Assembly: GCA_030770535.1 (NCBI GenBank)
Contig: JASVEC010000113.1
Span: 1 to 50,115, forward strand
Source: Batkoa obscura
Taxonomy: Eukaryota
DNA length: 50,115 nt
Reading direction: 5' to 3'
Positions within the stretch are counted from its first letter, which is position 1. Each line of letters starts with the position of its first letter. A program made the translations under genes and the position numbers. A model generated the notes under the pieces. That model saw only the letters and a program-made list of their open reading frames with translations, ran no database searches and was not told the origin of the DNA. Of this stretch, positions 1 through 12,683 are shown piece by piece.

Positions 1-330
1 TTTGTTTTTCATTTCACTCAAAAAAGCAACATGTGGTTTTAGCCAACCAAATTACATTTTGCTACCATGATGGAAATTTCAATTGCAAGATGAAATTTAA
101 AAAATTCATAGATATAGGGAGTAGAAACTTGTTAGGATTCACTAATTTTTTCCAGTCTAATTTAGGCTAAAGTTGTAAAAAGTTATGGACTAATTAAATC
201 AAAAATGTGACACTGTTTATATGATCTAGTGCTGAACGAAACTGGGTAGAAATTTACTTTTTATTTTGTAAATTATTAAAAAAAGCAAAAGTCTAGTATT
301 TTGTATATGTTTTGAAATTAAATAAGATAT

Positions 331-428
331 GGGGATGTTTTTTTTGATTTCATTACTTTTTCTATTTTTAAACGCTATTTGAGTGGAAAAATTGTTAGTG
401 AAACTTTTAAGCCAAAAAGTATATCCAC
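331..428. mobile_element. ~98-bp MITE (family A)
   Basis: GGGGATGT...ATATCCAC, ATAT/ATAG flanks; matches the family consensus. Confidence 0.85.
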
Positions 429-1246
429 ATAGAGTGAATCTTATTTCATAATAATATGTAGCTTAATTTTTTAGATTTAATTTCGATATATGAGCATACT
501 TTATGTTTATTATGAACTACTCAATGCTTTGTTTGAACTTTAAGTAAACTAAAAAGTAATCAAAATGCCGAAGCAGAAAAACATTTTCGTTACTATGTAG
601 TTTCGGAAGAAAACTTTTGTTAAAATATTAACAACTTTAAATAACAAGCAAAATACCAAGAGCTTGGTTGATTTATATGTTCCCATATATTTTTTATGAA
701 ATTAATGTTTTGTCAATCAGAAATGGATATCATAAAATAAGTTTTAATTCAGATATTCGAATTTTCTTAAATGCTTTAGCTTTCTCTAGTACTAACTTTG
801 AGTTTATTTTAAAGTTTTATTTTTAATTAATGGCAAGCAACCTATCTCCCACTATTTAAATTTTTTTAATACCTGGCAATGTTACACTAAAATTCGAAAA
901 AACACCTATAAAAATACAGTTTAAAGAAACTTTAAAGTTTACTATCATTCTTGCTATTTTATACAATATACAATATATTTACAAAACTTATTGTATAAAT
1001 GAATGTAGTTATCAAGTACCAAAAGCTAATTGCTGCTATTTTATACACTTTTTAAGTTTCGATAGCATTTGATTCAAGTAAAAACCTGCCAATCAATAAG
1101 CATTTCAACTTAAACGTAGGGTTCCTAAAAAGAAGCCACCAAAAAATTTAATCAAATACACCAATCAATCGAGTTCTTGTCAAAATTTCAATCAAAATTA
1201 AGACAACACCAAGTTTATTTTAATTTTATTTATAAAAGATTTCAAA

Positions 1247-4200
1247 ATGGTAAGAAAAACAGCATAAACTATATAGCAAAAGAGTATGCTAAACTAATTT
1301 ATGTAGCCACCAAAGAAAGCTGATTGGACAGATAGTTTCAAAAAGAAACAAGTAGGTGTATCTGATATGATTTATTGTCAAAAGTCGATAACGATGCTAT
1401 CAATGAGAACTTAGAGAAACGATTTTTTAACGGAGATATATATGTAACACAAATATATGCTATTCAATATAAATCTTAATTTAGATTTAGACTTATATCG
1501 GTCACGTATTAATCAGTGTTAATCCCTTTAAAGATCTTGGTCTTTATAGTGATGAAATTCTAAAATCATATACAGGTAAAAATAGGATAGAGGTAATAGT
1601 AAATTTTGTAAATGTTACAAAGCTAATCAATTTTCAACTTTTAGATGCCTCCCCATGTTTATGCTATTGCTGAAGGTGCTTATTACAATATGGTTAGCTA
1701 TAAAGAAAATCAATGTGTGATTATTAGGTAATTATAAATACCAATGTATAAATATAATAATTGATTATTGACAGTGGTGAATCCGGTGCTGGTAAAACAG
1801 GTATGTTTATATTAAAAGACAAAAAACTCATATTAAAATAAAATTTATTAAATAAAATAGAGGCAGCAAAAAAGGTAAAAATGGAGTACTTTTATTTAAA
1901 AATATATTAACTTTTGGAATAGATTATGCAATACATTGCAACAGTGAGTGGAGGGAAATCAGATGCTATTAAACAAGTTAAAGATATGGTGCTAGCTACT
2001 AATCCATTGTTAGAAAGTTTTGGTTGTGCAAAAACTTTGAGAAACAATAATTCAAGTCGACATGTAAGTGAGACAAATAATATTTAATAAGTAAAGAATT
2101 AGCTAATGATTTAGGGAAAATACCTTGAAATCCAATTTAACAGTCATGGTGAGCCAACTGGAGCCCATATTACTAACTATTTGTTAGAAAAGGTATAAGG
2201 TTATTATTAGCTTGAAATTAACACTAATAATTAATAGAATAGAGTAGTTGCTCAAATCAAGGATGAAAGAAATTTCCATATATTTTATCAGTTTTGTTTA
2301 GGTGCATCTCAAGAGTATAAAGGTTTGTAGCTTTGAATTATATAAATTAAATGGGGTATTAAAATTATTAGATCTTTTCGGAATATCTGGTCCTGAAAGT
2401 TACTGGTATACTTGCCAAAGTGGTTGTTTAACAGTGGATGGGATGGACGATATTGAAGAATATCATGGTACTATCGAGGCAATGAGAGTTATAGGATTAT
2501 CAGAAGATGAACAAACTAATATTCATAGAGTTTTAGCTTCAATATTATGGTTAGGAAATGTACAGTTTGTTGAAGGAGATAACAACAGTTGTTACATATC
2601 TGATTCAAATGTTACTGATTTTGTAAGTTATCTGGTCCAATCAGATGGTGGTACTTTAGAAAAAACTTTGACTACTAGAGTAATGGAAACTAAAAGAGGT
2701 GGTCGTCGAGGTTCAATATACGATGTCCCTCTTAATGCTGATCAAGCTAACTCTGTTCGTGATGCTATGGCTAAAGCTCTTTATGATCGTTTGTTTGATT
2801 GGATTGTAGATCGTGTAAATTTAGCCTTAAAACAGAAAGGTAATTTTGATTACATAATAGGTGTATTAGATATCTACGGGTTCGAGATTTTTGATCATAA
2901 TAGTTTTGAGCAATTGTGCATCAACTACGTTAATGAAAAACTTCAACAAATTTTTATTGAGCTTACATTAAAATCAGAGCAAGAAGAATATGTCAAAGAA
3001 CAAATTCAATGGACCCCTATCAAATTCTTTAATAATAAAATTGTATGTGATTTGATTGAAGAAAAACGCCCACCCGGTATCTTTGCAGCTATGAATGATG
3101 CTTGTGCAACTGCCCATGCTGACCCTTCTGCTGCAGATCAATCCCTTGTTCAAAGATTAGGCTTATGTGCTAGCAATCCACATCTGGAACAACGTGGACA
3201 ACAATTTATTATCAAACATTATGCTGGTGATGTAAAATATGAGATCCGTGGTATGACAGATAAGAACAAGGATCAATTATCGAAAGATATTTTAACTTTA
3301 TTAAAATCCTCCGAATCCGATTTTATCCAACAGCTTTTCCCAGACCTTTTAGACCAAGATTCTAAGCGTCGTCCTCCAACTGCAAGTGATAGAATTAAAA
3401 CATCAGCTGGAGCTTTAGTAACTAATTTAATGAAAGCTCAACCCTCTTATATTCGTTGTATAAAGCCAAACTCAAGTAAAAGCCCAAAAGAATACGAAAA
3501 ACCCATGTCCCTCCATCAAATCAAATACTTAGGCCTTTGTGAAAATATTCGTGTGCGTAGAGCAGGCTTTGCTTATCGCCAAACGTTTGAAAAATTTGTC
3601 GAACGATTCTATTTGTTATCAAAGAAGACATCTTATGCTGGAGAGTATACTTGGAGAGGAGATGCTAAGAGTGGGACTGAAACTATCTTAAGAGATATCA
3701 ATATTCCACAAGAAGAATGGCAATTAGGCGTAAGTAAAGCATTTATTCGTCATCCAGAAACACTTTGGTCTTTAGAAAGCCTTAGAGATAAATACTGGCA
3801 TAATATGGCAGCAAGGATCCAAAGAGCTTGGAGACGTTATTTGGCTTATAGAAATGAATGCGCTGCCAAAATCCAGCGCTGTTTTAGAAAGAATAAGGAC
3901 CAAATTGTTCAATTACATGTGCGTGATTCTTCTCATCAAATGTTATCTTCAAGAAAAGAGCGTCGTAGATTCTCATTACTTTCTATGAGAAGGTTTTATG
4001 GTGATTACCTTAATGTAAATTCAGAGAATGTAGGTTCATTGTTTAGAAGCGCTGCAGGTTTTTCTGCAGGTGAAAAGGCAATCTTTAGCTCCAAAGTACA
4101 ACTTTTAGTTCCACGTCCACTTAGATCAAGTAAACCTAGTCCACGCATTCTCTTAATTTCTGGGCAAAATTTATACATTCTTGCTACAGTTGTCGAGAAA

Positions 4201-5568
4201 AAAATGGCTCAAATTAAGCTAGAACGTAAAGTCCCACTTGGTAGCATCACAAAAGCATCACTTTCTACATTACGTGATGATTGGGTAGTAATTCATGTAC
4301 GAGATGACATTGCTTTAGTTATTAATACTATTTTTAAAACTGAGTTGTGTACTCATTTAAAGGATACCAGTAATAGCCGCATTACTATAGATGTAACTTC
4401 TAGCATTGAATATTCTAAAAAATCCAACAAAACTGGTACTTTGAAATTTACTAAGGACGAGAAAGAAGATAAATATGATAGCTATAAGAATCATACTGTC
4501 TCAGTTGGTTCTGGTAAATCCCCAGATTCTGTTTCTGAGCCTCCTTGTGCAAGAATTGAACCACCACGCAAGGCTACAACCTATTCTAAACCAAAGCCAA
4601 AGCCAAAAGCACAGGTAACTCATACGCATACAACTTCTCAATCATCTGGTCGCGCTCCACCACCTCCTCCCTCCGCCCCAGTTTTACCTCCTCCTCCACC
4701 GTCAAACCCACTTTATAAAGCCATTTATGACTTTGTCAATGAAGCTAGCCCAGAAGGATCCTTTAAACAAGGTGATGTCTTCGAAATTACCCAAAAAGAT
4801 GATAATGGTTGGTGGCTTGGTATTAAAGATGGAGTTCAATCATGGGTTCCTTCAAATTACCTTGAAGAGCTTCCAAGGGCGCAAGCTCCCCCACCTCCAC
4901 CCCCAGCTACAGTAAGACCAGCGGTTTCAGTAGCTACAGTGGTTGAACAAAAAGTAGAAACTTATGCTAATGAAGAAGAATATCATGAATCTGAACTTGA
5001 GCCTGTATCTAAGCCTAAGCCTAAGCCTACTCCTGTATCAATTTCTAAGCCCAAACCTGCACCACGTCCAATTCCAAAGCCTCGCCCTTATACTGGAAGC
5101 AATGATTCAGAATCAAATAATGTCATACCAGCTTGGAAAGCAGAGCTTGCAGCTAGACAGCAACAAGCACGTGACGAAACAGATGACGATAGTCCTAGAG
5201 GAAATTTAAATGGAGCCAGTAATTATCAAGCGCCATCTATCCCAAACAGACCAATATCATATCAAAAACCTAATAGTGCCTCCAAACCTAATCCTTCGAT
5301 CCCACCTCGTCCTACTCCTAAGCCCAAACCTATAAATCCTTCTTCTAATGGTACAGGTAGTGTTAACAGTGTTTCTTCTCTTGCTTCACTTCTTAGTGGT
5401 CAAGCAGCTGGACATCCAAGGTTCCCATCTCGTCCTCAAAGCCAGTATCAATCTGAAGAGACAGAAGTTCCAGCATCTAATCGACCAGTGATTCCAGCTC
5501 GCCCTAGTCCCACAGGTTCAAGTAAAGTTAAACCTCCACCTAGACCACCTATCCCCCCACGCAATTAA
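1247..5568 (+). CDS. MYO1: Class I myosin (motor, IQ, TH1, SH3, Pro-rich tail); multi-exon 5' part
   Basis: ATG 1247 is followed directly by GTAAGA (intron 1250-1306). Spliced exons give [81 protein letters not shown]. The long last exon has the RRGS TEDS site, LDIYGFE and SH3 (AIYDF..GWW..WVPSNY). Apparent 1-nt deletion near 1370. Confidence 0.95.
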
Positions 5569-5900
5569 ATTTAGTTGATTATTAACTTTGTTAGAATAAG
5601 TAGTCGTGGAATCGAATTTGCTTTTAAAGTCTATGGTTAATAGTAATTTATACCAAACTTATTTTTCAGTATAATAGTAGCATCGTATGGATTGAGTTAT
5701 ATTTCAACTACAGATGTAAAATGATGAAAATCACAAAAATTAATAAATTTAATTCGAATATTTTTAGTATGATTTTAAATAGCTAGACTTTATTTTTTTT
5801 ATAAAAATGCAACTTATATACCATCATAGTAAAAATAATCAACAAAATACCTTTGTTCATTAAATCTATTCATTACAAAGTAAAAATAAATATAAACATA

Positions 5901-7835
5901 TTAATCTTTGACTATAAATTTTTGAATCTCATTTAACGCTCTTTTACAAGGTGCTGTATTATCTATAACATAGACATAAGTAAGTTTAACTTTAGTCATT
6001 AAGCAAGGATTTTCTTGTTCAATCAAATCTTCACTAACAATATTAATCGTAAGAGAATCCACAATAATAGAGTCACTTCTAATATCCACGATATGCTTAA
6101 TACTTTGATTACTTTTTAATAAGAAAGCAATTAAATTCAAGCTTCTTTTAAATGAACTTTCTAAGTTATAGTCTTTGTAATATTTTTCTCTTTCTATAGC
6201 TAATGGCAATTCTAAATAACTATTTACTATGCATCCTAGCTCTTGTCCAAGTTCAATTGGCGTTTCTTTTAACCTTGCTTCTTCTTGAGTCATTAATTTT
6301 ATGTCTTTATTATTACCATAAACTAACACTCCTTCGACTTCAATTTCCGGGTTTGGTTTAAATTCATTGATTTGTAAATAATCATCAAATTGATCAACAG
6401 TGCTCATTGATTTTAATTTACTAACATTATAAGCTTTTTGATGAGCTTCTTCGATTACTTTTGAAGATATTTGTATTGGAATATTTTCACTATTTTTTAA
6501 AACAACTTCAGTACCATTAGCTGGCTCATAGCAAGGTATATTTAATTCTTCCTCTACTCGAAGCTTCAATGAGTGCATCGTTTTCTTGTCACCATGAACC
6601 AAAATTACATTTTTAGGTTCTAAATGACTTATCATCTGCATAAGCCCTTTTGAATCCGCATGTGCCGTAAATGACAATTTTTTTACTTGTAAGTTCACTT
6701 CGATTTGTCCACCTTGCCCATCATCAATCACCTTTGCTCCAGTCAAAACTTTAGCACCTACAGTTCCTGGATTACAATAACCTGGCATAATTACCAAATT
6801 GTTTTGATCATGACATAATTTTTTAAATATTTCTAAAGAACCCCCAAAACCCATATTAGACGGAGTGGCGAAAAATACTGCTGGCCCAGGTAAGTCAACG
6901 TATTCTCGTCTGTACTCTTTAATATACTTAAAATCAAACATGTTATGCTCCATAAACGTATCTTTAATTTTTTGATTCGTCCAATTTATAAATAACTTAT
7001 AATAATCATTGCCTTTCATTGTTAATACAGATTGGAAATAAACAGGCACATTTACTAACCCCATTCTTTCCCAATACGTTTCGATTAAAATAAATAACTC
7101 TTGTGGTGTCCCTAATGCTGATACTGGAACCAATACTTTTCCTCCTTGTGATACACAATAATAGATATTCTTCAAAAAACTTTTTTCTCTGGTTCTCTTA
7201 CTCTCCCTTACCATGGTACCATAAGTTGATTCAGTGATCAATACATCTGGTCTTAGTTTTTCAATCCATGCTGAACCTAAATGTCTATCTGGTGTCATGT
7301 TATAATCCCCTGTATAAACTATGGATTTATTTCCTATTTTAATGTGAAACATTACAGCTCCAACTACATGACCGGCATAGTAAGCAGTTACTTCAAAATC
7401 AGGGGCGATTTCAATGGTTTGATGCACATCAATCGTAACTACTTTTTTAAGGCAAGCAGCGATCTGTTCTGAAGTATAAACATCGTTTAAACCTTTATTA
7501 GCAAGCACTCTTCTACTATCTTCTAATAAAAGAGGGCATATAATTTTAGTAGGATGAGACATGATGATTTGGCCATTGTAGCCTAATTGTTCGGTAAAAT
7601 GTGGTAAGGCGCCACAATGATCAATATGGAAATGAGTAACTAAAATACAATCAATGTGCTCCCCATAGTTCCCAGTTTTACTTATTAAGCTGAAATCGGG
7701 GTATTTTCGATGATCATATAAACCTGTATGTATACCACAATCTAACATGATCGTCTTTCCTCCTGCTTTTACCAAGATACAACTTTTACCTACATCTTGG
7801 CCAGCGCCTAAGGGCATTACAGTTATTGTAGACAT
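5901..7835 (-). CDS. INTS11: Integrator subunit 11 / CPSF3L-type metallo-beta-lactamase/beta-CASP endoribonuclease, intronless
   Basis: MSTITVMPLGAGQDVGKSCILV..LDCG.H.G..D.RKYPDFS, THFHIDHCGALP, AGHVVGA, YTGDYNMTPDRHLG, ITESTYG, FTAHAD. The GQDVG, DFS and NMTPDRHLG signatures are INTS11-type rather than CPSF73/Ysh1-type. First ATG at 7835; the ORF track started at a TTG. Confidence 0.88.
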   Translation of the reverse strand: MSTITVMPLGAGQDVGKSCILVKAGGKTIMLDCGIHTGLYDHRKYPDFSLISKTGNYGEHIDCILVTHFHIDHCGALPHFTEQLGYNGQIIMSHPTKIICPLLLEDSRRVLANKGLNDVYTSEQIAACLKKVVTIDVHQTIEIAPDFEVTAYYAGHVVGAVMFHIKIGNKSIVYTGDYNMTPDRHLGSAWIEKLRPDVLITESTYGTMVRESKRTREKSFLKNIYYCVSQGGKVLVPVSALGTPQELFILIETYWERMGLVNVPVYFQSVLTMKGNDYYKLFINWTNQKIKDTFMEHNMFDFKYIKEYRREYVDLPGPAVFFATPSNMGFGGSLEIFKKLCHDQNNLVIMPGYCNPGTVGAKVLTGAKVIDDGQGGQIEVNLQVKKLSFTAHADSKGLMQMISHLEPKNVILVHGDKKTMHSLKLRVEEELNIPCYEPANGTEVVLKNSENIPIQISSKVIEEAHQKAYNVSKLKSMSTVDQFDDYLQINEFKPNPEIEVEGVLVYGNNKDIKLMTQEEARLKETPIELGQELGCIVNSYLELPLAIEREKYYKDYNLESSFKRSLNLIAFLLKSNQSIKHIVDIRSDSIIVDSLTINIVSEDLIEQENPCLMTKVKLTYVYVIDNTAPCKRALNEIQKFIVKD

Positions 7836-8003
7836 TTTAATATTGTTATTCAAATGAGTTAAAGATGAGTTTTAACCATGCTTTTTAAAACCTACTATTC
7901 AATATCAAGCAAACTCTCCTTAATATCAATAAGTTTTAAACCATTTAATTGGTTGAGCATATAAATAGGTCATCTTTTTAATTGTTCGATTTAATTTTTA
8001 TAA

Positions 8004-9534
8004 ATGAGTGAACAAGGAGAAACTATGGACTATGAAAATGTACTGCACTTTAACTAATAAAATATGATACTAAAGTTATTAGAGAGTTGCGGAAGTATAC
8101 GAAACTGCTGATCCAAGGCCAGATGATACTATTGAAGTAATTTTGATAAATTATATGGAAATATATTAATATAAAATAAGGGGATGGAATATAATCCAGG
8201 TTCAATTTCTAAATCAAACTCAGATATAGAAGATGAAGAAGGTACTTTATTAAGTTTTGTAATGATTTCATTAATAAGTCTTCAATTTAGAAAAGTTCGA
8301 AATGGATCTGAATAACATTTTAAGTGCGTTAAGTTTAAATAATGATACTTTTGAATCAGTTCCAAATAAAAAGACGAAAGGAAAGTATGAAACCCCAGAA
8401 CAAAAACTTCAGAGATTAAAATCAGAGTTAGAAGAACTAAAAGATGATATCAATAAAGTAATTCAGTAATTAAAATAATATATCAAAATAACATGGCAAT
8501 AGGGAAATGTAGAGATGGAAGAAGGAATAGATATAAATACAACTTTAAGCTCAATCGAAAGCACGGAGCTTAAACTACATCAACTTGAAAAAAAAGAAGA
8601 TTATTTCTCAAACGGAAACAATAGTATTATGGGTAATAAGCTATTGGAAAAAGTGAATAAAAGTCTACAAAAATTAAACGACCCATCTAAAAGAGAACTT
8701 GTTTATCAACCTCCTATTGAACTTGTTTATAAAAAAGTAAGTAATAGTATAATCTCCTTTATTTGTATATTTTTGTTTTAATAATAGGAAGGAACGCACG
8801 CATATAAAATTGAAAATCGAATTAAAAGTTTAGAATCTTTACTTGGCCCCGAAACCCAAAAGCCAGCGGATGTAGTAAAATTAATAGACTACTTCATGTA
8901 ACATTGCATAACTAATAGTACTAGCCTGAATTTATGAACTTTGGCGGAAATATGGCTCGAGTCTATGAGTTAATGAAAGTGATAGCAGATAGCCACCATT
9001 TAGAATATGTGATTAAACAAATTAAAAGTATCAACGCTGAATTAGAAGTCATCAATTCGGAAAATAATCGAATGAGAAGAGAAGAATTATTTCATCCAGA
9101 TGAAATTGACATTGAAGTAACAAATAGGGTATAACCAATAATATAATTTTATACTAAACATGCATTAATTCATCATAGGTTGAACAATTAATGGATGTTT
9201 TTGACAAGTTGGAACCTTTACTCCTTCAAGCACCTATCTTTTCTTCGAGATTGAAGGCACTCGGCGGGTTCCATAATGAGGCTTTAGATTTAATTTTGAT
9301 TACTGATAAAATCGAATCTTTAATTAAAACCGCCGATAAAGATACGAGATTAGCTAAAGATAGAGCTGCTATGGTAATTTTACTTATGTGTTATTACTAT
9401 CTATACTAATAATGATTGAATAGCTGTCTAAAAATCTCGATAGCGCAGTTAACACTATTAATAGTAGAGTATCAAATATTGAAACCAAGCTTTCTAGCTT
9501 AAATGAACGTATTCAAAAACTTACTCAAGGTTGA
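8004..9534 (+). CDS. Dynactin p50/dynamitin-like coiled-coil protein, multi-exon
   Basis: Spliced exons give AEVYETAD, YETPEQKLQRLKSELEELK (resembles the dynamitin ETP.QK.QRL motif), APIFSSRLKAL..FH and the end LSSLNERIQKLTQG*. About 8 short GT-AG introns; divergent from INTS11 across 168 bp. Confidence 0.65.
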
Positions 9535-9934
9535 TATCAATATAATAATAATGATTGTTTTTATATTATAAAATAATATTGTTTTATTTTTTAAGTTCTA
9601 AAAATTAACCTCAACTTATATCAGAGAAAACTATAATGAAGTGTGATAATAAGTCAAGTTCAAATTAATTTAAAAATATTTGGTTATAAATAAAACAATT
9701 TATTTAGTATAAAAAAGCGATAGTATATTAAAGCTTAAAACAAACATTTTCAAGTAATCTGTATTATATATTCATATCTATTATTAAGCTTCATACCATG
9801 ATTCTTATCAGAAGCCGTTTTCGATTTTTTTCCATTTAAAATTAATATATGGGGTTGTCTGAATTGGTTTCATTGTTTTATCCAATTTTTTTATTAAGAC
9901 AAAAGTATCCAGACACAGTTCTAAATCACTATAT

Positions 9935-10025
9935 GGGGATTTTTTTTTAAGAATTTTACTAACAAGTTTTCCACTCAAATAGCGGTTAAAAGATGGAAAA
10001 AATAATGAAGTTAAAAAACACTCCT
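9935..10025. mobile_element. MITE family A, nested in the transposon
   Basis: ATAT flanks; consensus core AAGAATTTTACTAACAA..TTCCACTCAAATAGCG. Confidence 0.85.
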
Positions 10026-10213
10026 ATATTCTTATAAAACTTTATTGAGAAATATTTATTATTGACCACTTTATAGTCAACATTGCAGATTTGTTATCAA
10101 ATAAATAAATTATTTTAACGTTATAATTACATTATCAATATATTACTAAGTTAATGAATAGCTGGATGGGAGGGAGTAATTAGCCCCAAAACCATAATTA
10201 ACGATTTCTATAT

Positions 10214-10312
10214 GGGGATGTATTTTTGTGTTTAACAATTTTGTTAGCAAATTTTCCGCTTAGATAGCGCTTAAAAAATGGAAGAAATAATGAAGTTAAA
10301 AAAGACACTCCC
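10214..10312. mobile_element. MITE family A, nested in the transposon
   Basis: GGGGATGT...CACTCCC with ATAT flanks. Confidence 0.9.
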
Positions 10313-10439
10313 ATATAGTACAAGTAATAATAGTTTTTACATATTATTACAATTGCTTGTTCTTTGACTATTCATTAACTTAGCTATTAATAACTTAAGT
10401 AATATTAACATTTAATGATTAATTTATATTACTTGATAA

Positions 10440-12010
10440 GCTACTTGCTTAGTAAATATCGAAAATTTTAAATTCTCTATTATCTTGGTAAGGTAAGCTG
10501 GGATCGATCTTTTAATTTTTCTGTTTTCTATAGACTCTATAACTCTAATTGGAACTATATCACTTTTTTTGATGTATCAGATACCGGATAACAATGCAGC
10601 TTATTGTTATGTTTAATAAAGTGTAAATACTTCTTAATGCCCTGCATCTCTATTATTCTTTTTGTATATTTGTTTCTTTTATACTTTTTAAAAATTATAT
10701 CTGTTTTCCCATTATTAACAGTCGAATTATTAATTTTATTATGCTCGCAAATAAAAGACTCAAATCTTGAAATTAATTGATCGATATCTTCTATTTTACC
10801 TAACGCTTCAAAACTACTTTTCCATTTTGAAAGGTTTCCAAAATGTCCATCAACTATACTTTTTCCATGATGCTCAGCAAAAAAATTAAGATTAACATTC
10901 AAACTACTATTTATTTTATGAATTTCTTTAAACATATAGTGTAGAAACTCTTGGGATCTAAAATGATTTCCTCTATCTGCCCATATATTAATTTTTGTAA
11001 ACTTTTTAAATAAAAGCTGTAGAGATCAAATCGATTAAACAATCTCCTGCATATGCTGAATCATGATTCAATATTTCAGATAAATAATCAAAGTAAACTT
11101 TGCCTATTGTTTTATCATCTTTTAAATATAATACACCAAAGCCTAATACTGATATAGCTTGTTTATTATAATGATCTAGATTTATTGAATCTGGTCTTGT
11201 CCCTATTTCCATATTTTGTTTGAAATCTAAAACTATTATACAACTTTTGTTATTTAATTTTTTAATAGTTTCATTAAATGTGTTTTTTTGAGTATCAACA
11301 CAGAATCTATGTAATTTGTATAATTTTTCTTCTTCGTTGAAAATTTCTTGTATCTCTGCTTTGTTTTTTGCTGTATTTATTTTATTTTCAAATAACTTTT
11401 TTCTAACTGTATGCTGGGTACATATATTACATAGATCCGTTTTTCTTGCTGGATTTTTGAAATTACTTGGTATATATTTAAAAACGTTGACCTAGCTACT
11501 GCTTTATCTCTTAGATAATTCAAATATTTACTATATATCATTCTTCTACTTTTATTTAATATATATATTATCTGATGAATATTTACTATCGTTATTTTTT
11601 TTATTAAATCTTGATGAAATAGTTGAATCATTTAGTAAATATTTATGATAGTTTCAATTTGGTCATCTTTAATTTTTTTTGTATTTTTAATAATAGGTTT
11701 TAATGTTGATATTTTATTATTATTACTTGTTTTTGAATAATCATATTGATTTCTATTTATATTAAACCCAAAACTTTTACATTCATCAAAAGAATATACT
11801 GAAGCTATAGTTGATAATAACGCTACTTGCTGGTTTTTGTTTCCTGTTTCCTTAAAGCACTAATTTTATACATTGCTTGATTAAGTTTATTATTATCGAT
11901 AGTAAACTTTGATAATATATCTTTTCTTTGTTTTGTTTTATTATAAAATTCCATAAACCCTGGGTTGTTATAAGTAGCTCTTAAAATTGATGTAAATGAA
12001 TTACAATGTT
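10440..12010 (-). pseudogene. Frameshifted DDD transposase pseudogene
   Basis: ORF-track fragments 10555-10935, 11006-11212 and 11377-11631 join into one transposase-like frame with three acidic motifs (LDFKQ, WADRG, HGKSIVDG). Boundaries approximate. Confidence 0.8.
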
Positions 12011-12374
12011 TATATTGTGTACTCCTCCCTATTGTATTGAATTTTCAAAAATTCCATTTCGAGGTTTAGTTATGAAAGTTTGCATTTTATTTTTATTTCA
12101 ACAAAAAATAAAGTCAAATAAGTGTATTTATATAATTATATAATCATATAGTTATATGTTACATATCTATTAAATATCTAACAGAAATAACATAAAACAC
12201 GTAATTAGGAAAATTAGCCATCTAAGAAAAGGAAACACTTAAAATAAGTTTTAAATAGAGATATTTGATTTAGGCTTTTCAGATTTAACCGCCACATTAG
12301 ACACAAATTTAAAATTTAAAAATTTGGATTCTTCTAAGTAAATGCTGAAACCAATCCAGACAACCCCATATCCA

Positions 12375-12468
12375 GATGTATTTTCGCGTTTAAGAATTTT
12401 ACTAGCACTTATTCACTCAAATAGCGTTTAAGAAATGGAAAAGTGATGAAATCAAAAAAAACATCCCC
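12375..12468. mobile_element. MITE family A abutting the transposon end, in the RPS3 upstream region
   Basis: Consensus core; ends ACATCCCC-ATAT; left terminus degenerate. Confidence 0.85.
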
Positions 12469-12683
12469 ATATATTTAATTTAGTTAAGATGTTTAGAATA
12501 AATAATTTTCCATACTTACGATTTTTGAAATTTATTAGCTTAGCAGAATTTGCTTTACTTGCGTAGTTGACGCAGTAAACCGAAGTTGTAGCTATTACTA
12601 AATTAAGAAAGTTGAGAATATTTGAATGTTCGGGAAATTCAAAAGTCAATACTGATTTAACAGTTTCACTTCCTCTTAATAAA

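Larger units (their letters stand above)
9851..12367 (-). mobile_element. Decayed DNA transposon with DDD transposase (Sola-like), 22-bp TIRs, ATAT TSD
   Basis: Left end GGGGTTGTCTGAATTGGTTTCA (9851-9872) matches the reverse complement of 12346-12367 at 21/22. ATAT flanks at 9847-9850 and 12368-12371. Minus-strand fragments read KTDLCNICT, IVLDFKQN, YFDYLSEILNHDS, IWADRGNHFRS and FAEHHGKSIVDGHFG, broken by frameshifts. Two MITEs are nested inside. The superfamily call is tentative. Confidence 0.85.
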
